This document shows positions 1-7,458 of a DNA stretch of 64,000 nt, piece by piece. The stretch lies in the IMG/VR virus record IMGVR_UViG_3300046787_000200, positions 124,001 to 188,000 of that record; one strand, given 5' to 3'. Each line of letters begins with the position of its first letter. Within the stretch, counting starts at the first letter, position 1. The notes below the pieces were generated by a model. The model was not told the origin of the DNA and did not search any database. It saw only the letters and a list, made by a program, of their open reading frames with translations. A program made the translations under genes and the position numbers.

Positions 1-4
1 GGTC

Positions 5-193
5 GTGAAACTTACCCCCAAACACGGCTACGGGCCAAACTGCTATACTGTGGCTACAACTTCAGAATGGTATGACATTGTTATTTGGATGTTGGAAAAT
101 GAAGTGGATCACTGGCATGTGTCTACTGGTCCCGAAGGCTATGGATTTCAAGTAAAATCAAAGGTTGAATGGTTTTTGTTGAGGTGGAGTTAA
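5..193 (+). CDS. LRW-family small protein 1 (unknown function)
   Basis: GTG start; ends VEWFLLRWS; W-M-x-E helix; preceding bases (t)gg-tcg-tga look like the W-S-stop end of an upstream member. Confidence 0.8.
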   Translation: MKLTPKHGYGPNCYTVATTSEWYDIVIWMLENEVDHWHVSTGPEGYGFQVKSKVEWFLLRWS

Positions 194-429
194 TGGATTT
201 AGATACGGTAAAACGAATAGCATATAAGTGGTCCACTGAAAATAGTAATCTCAAACCAATGATTGGTGACGCAAGAGTTATTACCGGTGATTATATAGTT
301 GACTCAAGGATATATCATTTTGAAAAAGCTAGTGGTATAGAATTAGATGTTTCCGGACTTAATCTCATAACAGGATATAAAATAGTTGATGAAGAAAAGT
401 TTGCTTGGTGTGTATTGAGGTATAGTTGA
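193..429 (+). CDS. LRW-family small protein 2 (TGYK-x-x-DE subfamily)
   Basis: Start moved to ATG193 (TAATG overlap, GAGGTGG upstream); ends FAWCVLRYS. Confidence 0.8.
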   Translation: MDLDTVKRIAYKWSTENSNLKPMIGDARVITGDYIVDSRIYHFEKASGIELDVSGLNLITGYKIVDEEKFAWCVLRYS

Positions 430-746
430 TGCGTAAATTCATACATCGTATCTGGTGGAAACTTATGCCTGGCACAATCATTAAAGTGAAATGGCCTAAA
501 GGTAAGATTACAGTAGATCATAATGATTCGAGATGGTGTGATCTTGGTGGTGCAGTATGGATAGAGTTTGAAAGCGCGGATCCAAACGATCACTATCGTC
601 CATGGATGGAAGCAAATGTAGGTCGTCAGAATTGGGATTGGAGTTGGGATATGCGAGACAATGATGTTGCTGAAAATGTATTGTCTATCAAGTTTCGTAA
701 AGGTAAAGAACAATATGCTTCAATGGTGGCACTAAAATGGATGTAA
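429..746 (+). CDS. LRW-family small protein 3
   Basis: ATG429 (TGATG overlap); PWMEANVG...W...FRKGKEQYASMVALKWM. Confidence 0.8.
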   Translation: MRKFIHRIWWKLMPGTIIKVKWPKGKITVDHNDSRWCDLGGAVWIEFESADPNDHYRPWMEANVGRQNWDWSWDMRDNDVAENVLSIKFRKGKEQYASMVALKWM

Positions 747-928
747 AAGTGTTTAGTTTACCCGGTGGAATAGACGGCTGGGATCAAGTTGTAGAACGGA
801 TTACTTGGTGTAGAGAACAGTTTGGTGAACGAACATTTGCAGGTCCTTGGGAATATAATGCAGTTAGTCATATGATTATTGTGCGTGAAGAAAAGAATAT
901 TATGTTGTATATGTTGAGGTGGTTATGA
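737..928 (+). CDS. LRW-family small protein 4
   Basis: WCREQFG...W...NIMLYMLRWL; GGTGG upstream of ATG737. Confidence 0.8.
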   Translation: MDVKVFSLPGGIDGWDQVVERITWCREQFGERTFAGPWEYNAVSHMIIVREEKNIMLYMLRWL

Positions 929-1137
929 AAGAGTTTCCATACACTGTAACTACTAAGAAACTCAAGCACGAGGCCGAACAATGGTGCACCAAGAATATTG
1001 GGGAACGATGGTTTGCTGTGGGGAGAAAGACAGGCAATTGGACATGCTTTTGGGCAGGAAGAGATGATCCTAAAAGTTATCGCTGGCACTTTAAAAATGA
1101 AAAAGATGCTGTTATGTTTTCGTTGAGGTGGTTATGA
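925..1137 (+). CDS. LRW-family small protein 5
   Basis: ATG925 (ATGA overlap); WCTKNIG...RW...DAVMFSLRWL. Confidence 0.85.
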   Translation: MKEFPYTVTTKKLKHEAEQWCTKNIGERWFAVGRKTGNWTCFWAGRDDPKSYRWHFKNEKDAVMFSLRWL

Positions 1138-1340
1138 TAAAGAAACAATATCATAGGCATCCAACGTCAGTAGGTTATTTCAGTAACTTTATCAGAATGA
1201 ATGACCCCGAAGGTGTCATTGAAGATGAACTGAAGAAATACAATGCCTCAGTTGGTAAAAGCAAGAATAAAAACTATAAACTGAATGTTAAGTGGCACGA
1301 TGAAAAATTATATATGTTGTTTGTATTGAGGTATCAATGA
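1134..1340 (+). CDS. LRW-family small protein 6
   Basis: ATG1134 (ATGA overlap); ends EKLYMLFVLRYQ. Confidence 0.8.
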   Translation: MIKKQYHRHPTSVGYFSNFIRMNDPEGVIEDELKKYNASVGKSKNKNYKLNVKWHDEKLYMLFVLRYQ

Positions 1341-1546
1341 GAGAACTAAAGAAAGAACTGTGGCCCCACAAGGTAGAGCTTGATTTGGATCAAAGTCAGC
1401 AAAAGATTGTGGAAATAGAAACTTGGCTGGGCGAACATTATGGTATTTATAAAGGTCGCTGGAATCAGGTCAACCATTATGACCATACTACATTTTATTT
1501 CCGTTCAGGCAGTGATGCTACTATGTTTAGTTTGAGGTGGCAATGA
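1337..1546 (+). CDS. LRW-family small protein 7
   Basis: ATGA overlap; IETWLGEHYG...RW...DATMFSLRWQ. Confidence 0.85.
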   Translation: MRELKKELWPHKVELDLDQSQQKIVEIETWLGEHYGIYKGRWNQVNHYDHTTFYFRSGSDATMFSLRWQ

Positions 1547-1794
1547 CTATTACTAGTTCAATGTTACAACATCTTAATGTTAAGGTACCAAAGTTATACA
1601 AAGTTGTATATGCTAAAACAATAGACGGCGTTCAAGCACAATGGCAAGTAAGTTATAAAGATTATATTGTAAATGAATGGCTTAAGGAAAACTGCGAATA
1701 TCCTTACTATCATAGTCCCGGATATCTTACAGAAAAGTTTATTGAGTTTACAGATGAAAAAGAAGCGTTGTGGTTTAGTTTGAGGTTTGAATGA
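1543..1794 (+). CDS. LRW-family small protein 8
   Basis: ATG1543 (ATGA overlap); EWLKEN...EKEALWFSLRFE. Confidence 0.85.
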   Translation: MTITSSMLQHLNVKVPKLYKVVYAKTIDGVQAQWQVSYKDYIVNEWLKENCEYPYYHSPGYLTEKFIEFTDEKEALWFSLRFE

Positions 1795-2045
1795 TAGTAA
1801 GTGAAGGTAAAATATTCGGTGAAAGATACTATACAGTTGATCCTGAGTTGGTTGACTTCAATGACTTTGATCCAAACTTTTTTCATCAATCCTGGCACGA
1901 TATAGAAATATGGTGTATCAAAACATTTGGATGCACCCCTGCAAATGGTGTTTGGGAACCTCACGGTAGATGGTATATGAACAATAGTAAGTTTTGGTTC
2001 AAAGATAAAAAAGATTTAGAATGGTTCTTACTAAAATGGGAATGA
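1791..2045 (+). CDS. LRW-family small protein 9
   Basis: ATGA overlap; WCIKTFG...RW...FWFKDKKDLEWFLLKWE. Confidence 0.85.
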   Translation: MIVSEGKIFGERYYTVDPELVDFNDFDPNFFHQSWHDIEIWCIKTFGCTPANGVWEPHGRWYMNNSKFWFKDKKDLEWFLLKWE

Positions 2046-2278
2046 AGATACATCACTATAAGCGTTTTGCCAATAACACATATTATTTTGTCGCGGCTTT
2101 TCCTGCACCAGATATAAATCTAACATATGAGATTAGAAAATGGTGTTATGAAGCGTACGGGTTACCGAATTATAAACCCGATACTGTTGAAACTCGTTGG
2201 GAAGATGATGTAAAATATGGTGAGATTACATTTGAAAGAGAAAGTGATTTAACTTTGTTTTTATTGAGGTGGGAATGA
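2042..2278 (+). CDS. LRW-family small protein 10
   Basis: ATG2042 (ATGA overlap); WCYEAYG...RW...ESDLTLFLLRWE. Confidence 0.85.
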   Translation: MKIHHYKRFANNTYYFVAAFPAPDINLTYEIRKWCYEAYGLPNYKPDTVETRWEDDVKYGEITFERESDLTLFLLRWE

Positions 2279-2478
2279 GTTTTATTGAAGAAGGAATGCG
2301 TGAATATTCATTCTATGGTGCAGGACAAGGTAGTGATAAGTTTTATGAAATGACTACTTGGTGTAGTGAAAACTTATATCACGGTGGTTATTATGAACCT
2401 AACTGGTGGTATGAATACCCATTCATATTCTTTAGTGATGAAAAAGAGTATATGTTATTTTTATTGAGGTGGCAATGA
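2275..2478 (+). CDS. LRW-family small protein 11
   Basis: ATG2275 (ATGA overlap); WCSEN...EKEYMLFLLRWQ. Confidence 0.85.
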   Translation: MSFIEEGMREYSFYGAGQGSDKFYEMTTWCSENLYHGGYYEPNWWYEYPFIFFSDEKEYMLFLLRWQ

Positions 2479-2738
2479 GAGACAATATCCACGAATTTAT
2501 TGACTCTTGGAAAGTATACGACAGACAGCACAAGTGTGATGTTGACTGGAACAGTCGTTTTAAATGTGGCGGCTATTATTCTGCTAAAGTCAGTAGATCC
2601 AGTATAACAGACGAATGGAATCAAATGCACAAATGGTGCGAGGAGTATATCGGCAAGCAAAGATATGCATGGACAGGTTCTACTTTTTGGTTTGAGACTA
2701 AAGAGGATACAGCATTTTTTATATTGAGATGGCTATGA
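2475..2738 (+). CDS. LRW-family small protein 12
   Basis: ATG2475 (ATGA overlap); WCEEYIG...FWFETKEDTAFFILRWL. Confidence 0.85.
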   Translation: MRDNIHEFIDSWKVYDRQHKCDVDWNSRFKCGGYYSAKVSRSSITDEWNQMHKWCEEYIGKQRYAWTGSTFWFETKEDTAFFILRWL

Positions 2739-2947
2739 GTAAAATAGATTATTGTAATATACCAGTAGTCTATACGAAAGTATCTACTGAACATCATTAT
2801 AATATGCGTCAATGGTTAGTTGATAACATAGACCCGGCTTGTTATGATGCTGAGGATTTCAGCCCAGTTAATGAAGATTACAGTAAAAGAACTATTTGGT
2901 TTGCTAATCATAAAGATGCAGTGTGGTTTAGATTAATATGGGAGTGA
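2735..2947 (+). CDS. LRW-family small protein 13
   Basis: ATG2735 (ATGA overlap); WLVDNI...DAVWFRLIWE. Confidence 0.8.
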   Translation: MSKIDYCNIPVVYTKVSTEHHYNMRQWLVDNIDPACYDAEDFSPVNEDYSKRTIWFANHKDAVWFRLIWE

Positions 2948-3168
2948 CCATAAAAGTATACCAGCCATATGCACCTGTGTTACAATGGCTACAAGACAAT
3001 GTAGGAACTATGCTACATTATAAGCCTATCATCTTTTGGCACGGCGAAGGTTGGCATTTAACAGTAGGACATGAAGTTGCAAACAGAGGACAAATGGGTA
3101 GACCTTATTGTACAGTAGAGTTTGATGATGAAGAAAAGGCAACTTGGTTTGGATTAGTATGGGGTTAA
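2944..3168 (+). CDS. LRW-family small protein 14
   Basis: GTG2944 (GTGA overlap) or ATG2938; WLQDNVG...EEKATWFGLVWG. Confidence 0.8.
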   Translation: MTIKVYQPYAPVLQWLQDNVGTMLHYKPIIFWHGEGWHLTVGHEVANRGQMGRPYCTVEFDDEEKATWFGLVWG

Positions 3169-3416
3169 AAGAAGATATATTAGATAAGATGAGTAAGCAG
3201 ATTTCTAATCATGTTGATTGGGAAATATTAGCCGATGTGAAAATAAGCGGCGGCTGGACCTGTGTTAAGTTAGATAGATATCTTAGTAATGAACACGCAG
3301 TTGATATTAAAATTTGGATCGAAGAAAACTGCACCGGTAAGTATGACTACTCGAATACAAAGTTTTTATTTGAAAAGAAGCAAGATGCTGAGTGGTTCAT
3401 ATTAAGATGGCAGTAA
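3159..3416 (+). CDS. LRW-family small protein 15
   Basis: ATG3159; WIEENC...FEKKQDAEWFILRWQ. Confidence 0.8.
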   Translation: MGLKEDILDKMSKQISNHVDWEILADVKISGGWTCVKLDRYLSNEHAVDIKIWIEENCTGKYDYSNTKFLFEKKQDAEWFILRWQ

Positions 3417-3646
3417 TGTATGAACATTATGATGAAGCTGGGTGGGAACATACACAACCGGGTTGGTATGAATGTAAAGTTAGAGCAGAACACATAGACA
3501 AATATGATGAAATGACCAAATGGTTAGAAAGTAATATTGGCAAATACAAAAGACATTGTAGATGGTGTGTAACTGATACTAATGTAGTTAGTTTTAAGTT
3601 TAGATATGAACGAGATTATATATTATTCACATTGAGGTGGAGTTAA
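3416..3646 (+). CDS. LRW-family small protein 16
   Basis: ATG3416 (TAATG overlap); WLESNIG...RW...ERDYILFTLRWS. Confidence 0.85.
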   Translation: MYEHYDEAGWEHTQPGWYECKVRAEHIDKYDEMTKWLESNIGKYKRHCRWCVTDTNVVSFKFRYERDYILFTLRWS

Positions 3647-3934
3647 ATGGAATTCTTTTTTACTGAAGCTGGCAACAATAGACCGTTCTTTATTTACAGA
3701 CTTAAAGTAGATGAAATAACCACTGAGATGCACGAGTGGTGTCTTGACTATCCTAGTAAAGGACCGTTCAGTCGTTGGCATATTGACCGTAAGATGATAA
3801 CAGATTCTAAAACAAACACAGTAACAAAGTTTGATATAGTTATTCAGTTTGAACTTAAGGATGCTTATCTTGCGTTTATGTATGCATTTGCAGGTCATAT
3901 TTTAAAAGACTTAACCTGGAAAGAATATAGATGA
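3647..3934 (+). CDS. Degenerate LRW-family protein with C-terminal extension
   Basis: EMHEWC...SRW...FELKDAYLAFMYAF, then about 14 extra residues; GAGGTGG upstream. Confidence 0.7.
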   Translation: MEFFFTEAGNNRPFFIYRLKVDEITTEMHEWCLDYPSKGPFSRWHIDRKMITDSKTNTVTKFDIVIQFELKDAYLAFMYAFAGHILKDLTWKEYR

Positions 3935-4215
3935 AAATACTACTGAATAGAAGTATTGGTGATAACATTAGACTAAACAGATATAAAAGAAATATGGAAT
4001 ACTCTATTATTAAAGACGGTTGTGATACTTATCCGTGGATGGAAACATTTGTTATCTGGCCACGCAGAAGTGTAAGTGGAGCACCATTATTCTTTACTAA
4101 AGCATATAAGCGTCAAGTATGGGTAGTATGGGGTAGCGGTTTTCACATGGAACCGATAGTTCAATACGCTACAGCATTTGATTTATTAACATATGACGAC
4201 AATAAAACCGTTTAA
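3931..4215 (+). CDS. Hypothetical protein
   Basis: ATGA overlap; no family motif seen. Confidence 0.6.
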   Translation: MKILLNRSIGDNIRLNRYKRNMEYSIIKDGCDTYPWMETFVIWPRRSVSGAPLFFTKAYKRQVWVVWGSGFHMEPIVQYATAFDLLTYDDNKTV

Positions 4216-4471
4216 AGATTATGATGACGATGATCCTAATATAGAACAGCGGAAAAAACGCTGGGACTATTGGGCGGCATTAAAACAGATTCGTAAAGAA
4301 TATATGACTGATATGAAGTCACTTGATGGACAGTTTGATGCATTTGACTTTGAAGATTACATTGAAGAAAACTATGGAATTAAGATGAACATAGTAGATG
4401 GAAACATTACTGATGGATACAAAGTAATGGATGAAAAGAAGTATCTAATATTTTTATTAAAATTCCAATGA
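4193..4471 (+). CDS. LRW-family small protein 17 (same subfamily as 193-429)
   Basis: DGYKVMDEKKYLIFLLKFQ aligns with TGYKIVDEEKFAWCVLRYS. Confidence 0.8.
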   Translation: MTTIKPFKDYDDDDPNIEQRKKRWDYWAALKQIRKEYMTDMKSLDGQFDAFDFEDYIEENYGIKMNIVDGNITDGYKVMDEKKYLIFLLKFQ

Positions 4472-4818
4472 ACAACTCACCTTTTGAAATATACAAAACA
4501 GAAAGAAATCGCTGGGTAACACACTGGCCTACATTTAAAAACATCAGAGATACAGAGACCGGTATAAAACTATTAGATATACTATTTGGTCAAATAAAAT
4601 GTGAGGAAGTGGGATTAGCACTACTTGTGCGTAATGGTGAAATAGATACACTGTGGATTAGTTATAGTGCTTGGGCAACTGATGTTAATAACTATTTCTC
4701 CGAATACTTACAAGATATGTATGAGATTCGTGGTGTAGTATTTCATAAACAACACGAAGCAGAACAACTACAAGATATATTAGAGAAGAAATATATTTGG
4801 AAAGTATTACAAGCATGA
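4468..4818 (+). CDS. Hypothetical protein, possibly a degenerate LRW member
   Basis: ATGA overlap; ends EKKYIWKVLQA. Confidence 0.65.
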   Translation: MNNSPFEIYKTERNRWVTHWPTFKNIRDTETGIKLLDILFGQIKCEEVGLALLVRNGEIDTLWISYSAWATDVNNYFSEYLQDMYEIRGVVFHKQHEAEQLQDILEKKYIWKVLQA

Positions 4819-5075
4819 CATTCTTCCCTAAGCCGGAGATTATAGAAATCGAACCAATCTACATTCGTAAATTCAAAAAGACCGTTTCAGTTGACAATAT
4901 ATGGATAGATAGTGTATTCTATGAGATTACAAAGTTTCCTATGGGTAGACAAAATACTATAGATTGGTTAACTGAACGTTATGGATATATGAAGTATTCC
5001 AATACATGGTGGTATACACATAATGGAATCTGTATGAACGATAAAATTTACACACATTATAAATTAATGGAATAA
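4815..5075 (+). CDS. Degenerate LRW-family protein
   Basis: ATG4815 (ATGA overlap); IDWLTERYG...WW...DKIYTHYKLME. Confidence 0.7.
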   Translation: MTFFPKPEIIEIEPIYIRKFKKTVSVDNIWIDSVFYEITKFPMGRQNTIDWLTERYGYMKYSNTWWYTHNGICMNDKIYTHYKLME

Positions 5076-5077
5076 TT

Positions 5078-5641
5078 ATGGCAAATGACATTATGATAGA
5101 CATTGAGAGTTTAGATACAACACCTAACTGTGTTATCTTAACTATTGGCGCGGTGCGCTTTGACCCTAAAGGTAGCGGAGTTGTTGAACGATTAGAACTA
5201 CGACCTACAGTAGAAGATCAAACAGAGATTTACGGGAGAAGTATCAATGAAGATACATTGCGTTGGTGGAGTGAACAGAGCCCTGAAGCACTTGAAGAAG
5301 CAATGGGAGACAATGGACGAGTCCCGTTTAAAGAGTGTATGGAGACCCTTTATAAGTTTTGTTGGAACCGTCGTGCTGTTTGGAGTAATGGTGCACCTTT
5401 TGACTTAGTTGTGATGGAGAATGCGTGGCGACAAGTTAGCGATAAGCCTAATCCTATTCCCTGGCCTTTCTGGTCTATGCGTGATACACGAACATTGTGG
5501 GAAATAACAGGTGTCAGTCTTAAAGACGGTGGACATACTACAAGTCACAAAGCAGTTGAAGATGCCGAAAGACAAGCTATTGTTGTACAAAAAGCGTATA
5601 CTAAACTTATCAAAGCAGAATTGGTAGCACCCCCAAAATGA
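5078..5641 (+). CDS. DEDD-family 3'-5' exonuclease (Rv2179c/RNase AS-like)
   Basis: MIDIESL (ExoI), WSNGAPFD (ExoII), RDTRT, H-KAVEDA (ExoIII). Confidence 0.85.
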   Translation: MANDIMIDIESLDTTPNCVILTIGAVRFDPKGSGVVERLELRPTVEDQTEIYGRSINEDTLRWWSEQSPEALEEAMGDNGRVPFKECMETLYKFCWNRRAVWSNGAPFDLVVMENAWRQVSDKPNPIPWPFWSMRDTRTLWEITGVSLKDGGHTTSHKAVEDAERQAIVVQKAYTKLIKAELVAPPK

Positions 5642-6219
5642 GAATTGATTCAGACGTAGATATTGACTTCGGTGATAGAGATAAGTTATTACAGCTTATC
5701 AAGCATACACCAGCGGCAATGCGTAATGCTAATCCTATACGTAAACATAATACAGGTGTTTACGTCACAGATATACCATATGATCCAGTAAATGATATGG
5801 CTGCAATTGATTATGTTGAAGCAGAGAAGCGTGGTTATTTTAAGTTAGATTTGTTGAATGTTCATGTTTATAGTCAAGTACGTGATGAGATGCATTTAGT
5901 TGAGTTGATGCGTGAACCTAACTGGGATAACTTAAAGAATAAAGACTTTGTAGAGAAACTGATCCACTTGGGAAATCATTATTATTCATTGGAAAAGATG
6001 CCTGAGCGTGTGAATAGTATTCCAAGATTAGCAATGTTTCTAGCTGTAATTAGACCTGCTAAAAAGCATTTGATAGGAAAGACTTGGAAGGAAGTAAGTG
6101 AAACTATTTGGGATAAAGGGTCAGATGGTTATAGCTTTAAAAAGAGTCACGCTATTGCGTATGCACAATTAGTCGTTGTACATATGAATCTACTTACACA
6201 ATCCTCTTTACTAAAGTAA
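5638..6219 (+). CDS. dnaE: Miniature DNA polymerase III alpha-like protein, catalytic (C-terminal) half
   Basis: SDVDIDF, HNTGVYV, FKLDLLN, LAVIRPA and GYSFKKSHAIAYA match the DnaE motifs PDFDVDF, HAGGVVI, KFDFLG, ALFRPG and GYGFNKSHSAAYA in order. Confidence 0.8.
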   Translation: MRIDSDVDIDFGDRDKLLQLIKHTPAAMRNANPIRKHNTGVYVTDIPYDPVNDMAAIDYVEAEKRGYFKLDLLNVHVYSQVRDEMHLVELMREPNWDNLKNKDFVEKLIHLGNHYYSLEKMPERVNSIPRLAMFLAVIRPAKKHLIGKTWKEVSETIWDKGSDGYSFKKSHAIAYAQLVVVHMNLLTQSSLLK

Positions 6220-6574
6220 TACTACGGCGTTTACTTCTACGTTTATTGAGTTCGCTTATACTACAAGTAGGACCGTGAATTATAGTAAGACTTTTGTTAT
6301 TGAAGGTTCTTAGATAGGGTTTGAAAATACTCCATTCTTCCTTCAAAAACAGATTTATGGGTATAAGTCGATTGCTTTCCCACCACCAAATATCACCTAA
6401 TTCTAAGAATTTTTCTTTTATTACAGTGTCTGCTATTGCACCGTAATCATATATTGTAGTAACAATATCATCCCTGTTTTGTACTATACCTACGTAGTCC
6501 TGGTTGGCATGCGAACATATTGTTATGAACGGGTGATTTAGAGTTAATTTGTTGAAAAATTCGTTTTGAATCAT
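6194..6574 (-). CDS. Hypothetical protein
   Basis: 126 aa ORF; TAAATA box 6 nt before ATG; convergent overlap with the dnaE half. Confidence 0.7.
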   Translation of the reverse strand: MIQNEFFNKLTLNHPFITICSHANQDYVGIVQNRDDIVTTIYDYGAIADTVIKEKFLELGDIWWWESNRLIPINLFLKEEWSIFKPYLRTFNNKSLTIIHGPTCSISELNKRRSKRRSITLVKRIV

Positions 6575-6642
6575 TGTTAATATTTACTATCCGAAATATT
6601 TATCATCGGGCGATATGGCAATATATTTTGATAAATATCAGT

Positions 6643-7410
6643 ATGTACTCAACTCAAGTTTTCGTCTATACACAAAGACAAATCGTTATACTTTTATCAG
6701 GATTTTCCCCAAGGAGCTATATGCCTCAGTATGCCAAACCACTTACACTTAATAAAGGTGTAGATAATCAGATTCAATTTCAGTTCCTAAACCAAGAACA
6801 AAAACCGGTTGATATTACCGGTAAATCAATTACCTGCAGAATTATTAACTATCAAGGTAACGTGGTCCTACTACAAAAAGCATTAACATTACAATTACCA
6901 GCTACAGGTATTGCCGCATTGATTTTGAATTCTGCTGATTTAGCTAGCATTGATGCACAGAAGTGTTATTATTCACTAGAGATACCAGTTGGCGAATTTG
7001 ACTATCCTGTGTTTGTGGATCAAAATGCAGGTGCTCGCGGTGATATGAATATTGTTAATAGTATATTACCAAGCTTTGTTCCTTCAATGCCAGTAAGTAT
7101 TCCGACTGGACAAGACTTCCCGAATCTTCATCCTAATAGCAATAGCGAAAGTAATATAACATATTATTCTAGTGTGATTGATACTAATGATAGTCCGATA
7201 TTAACATTACAAGCACAGTATACTGATTATTATGGTAATATTGTAGTAGAAGGTTCTACAATTGTAGATGGTGATTGGTATCCTATATTAACTGATACCT
7301 ATAGTAATGTTTCAGATACAAAAGGTTACGTAGTTCAGGGTTATCACCCATATGTCAGAATGCAATTCGAAAGCAACACTGGTGCGGTGACCAATATATT
7401 ATCAAGGTAA
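6643..7410 (+). CDS. Putative virion protein (beta-rich, BppU-N/Ig-like N-terminus)
   Basis: Start moved to ATG6643, 5 nt after ATAAATA; KGVDNQIQFQFLNQEQKPVDITG pattern. Confidence 0.6.
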   Translation: MYSTQVFVYTQRQIVILLSGFSPRSYMPQYAKPLTLNKGVDNQIQFQFLNQEQKPVDITGKSITCRIINYQGNVVLLQKALTLQLPATGIAALILNSADLASIDAQKCYYSLEIPVGEFDYPVFVDQNAGARGDMNIVNSILPSFVPSMPVSIPTGQDFPNLHPNSNSESNITYYSSVIDTNDSPILTLQAQYTDYYGNIVVEGSTIVDGDWYPILTDTYSNVSDTKGYVVQGYHPYVRMQFESNTGAVTNILSR

Positions 7411-7423
7411 TCAACCTAAACTA

Positions 7424-7452
7424 TTGTTTTCACAATACATATATGTTACAAT
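7424..7452 (+). promoter_or_regulatory. Sigma70-type promoter for primase (leaderless geometry)
   Basis: TTGTTT-17nt-TACAAT with TG before the -10; ATG 6 nt downstream. Confidence 0.6.
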
Positions 7453-7458
7453 ACATAG

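Noticed and set aside
5-3650. CRISPR array or DNA tandem repeat explanation for the periodic TTGAGGTGG
   Set aside because: Spacing is about 190-320 nt and variable, the conserved part is short, and the intervening DNA is protein-coding
6574-6642. Upstream extensions in the ORF track (6574, 13687, 14114, 30200, 53597 and many array ORFs)
   Set aside because: Downstream ATGs fit promoter/SD geometry and stop-start overlaps; the extensions would overlap promoters or other genes
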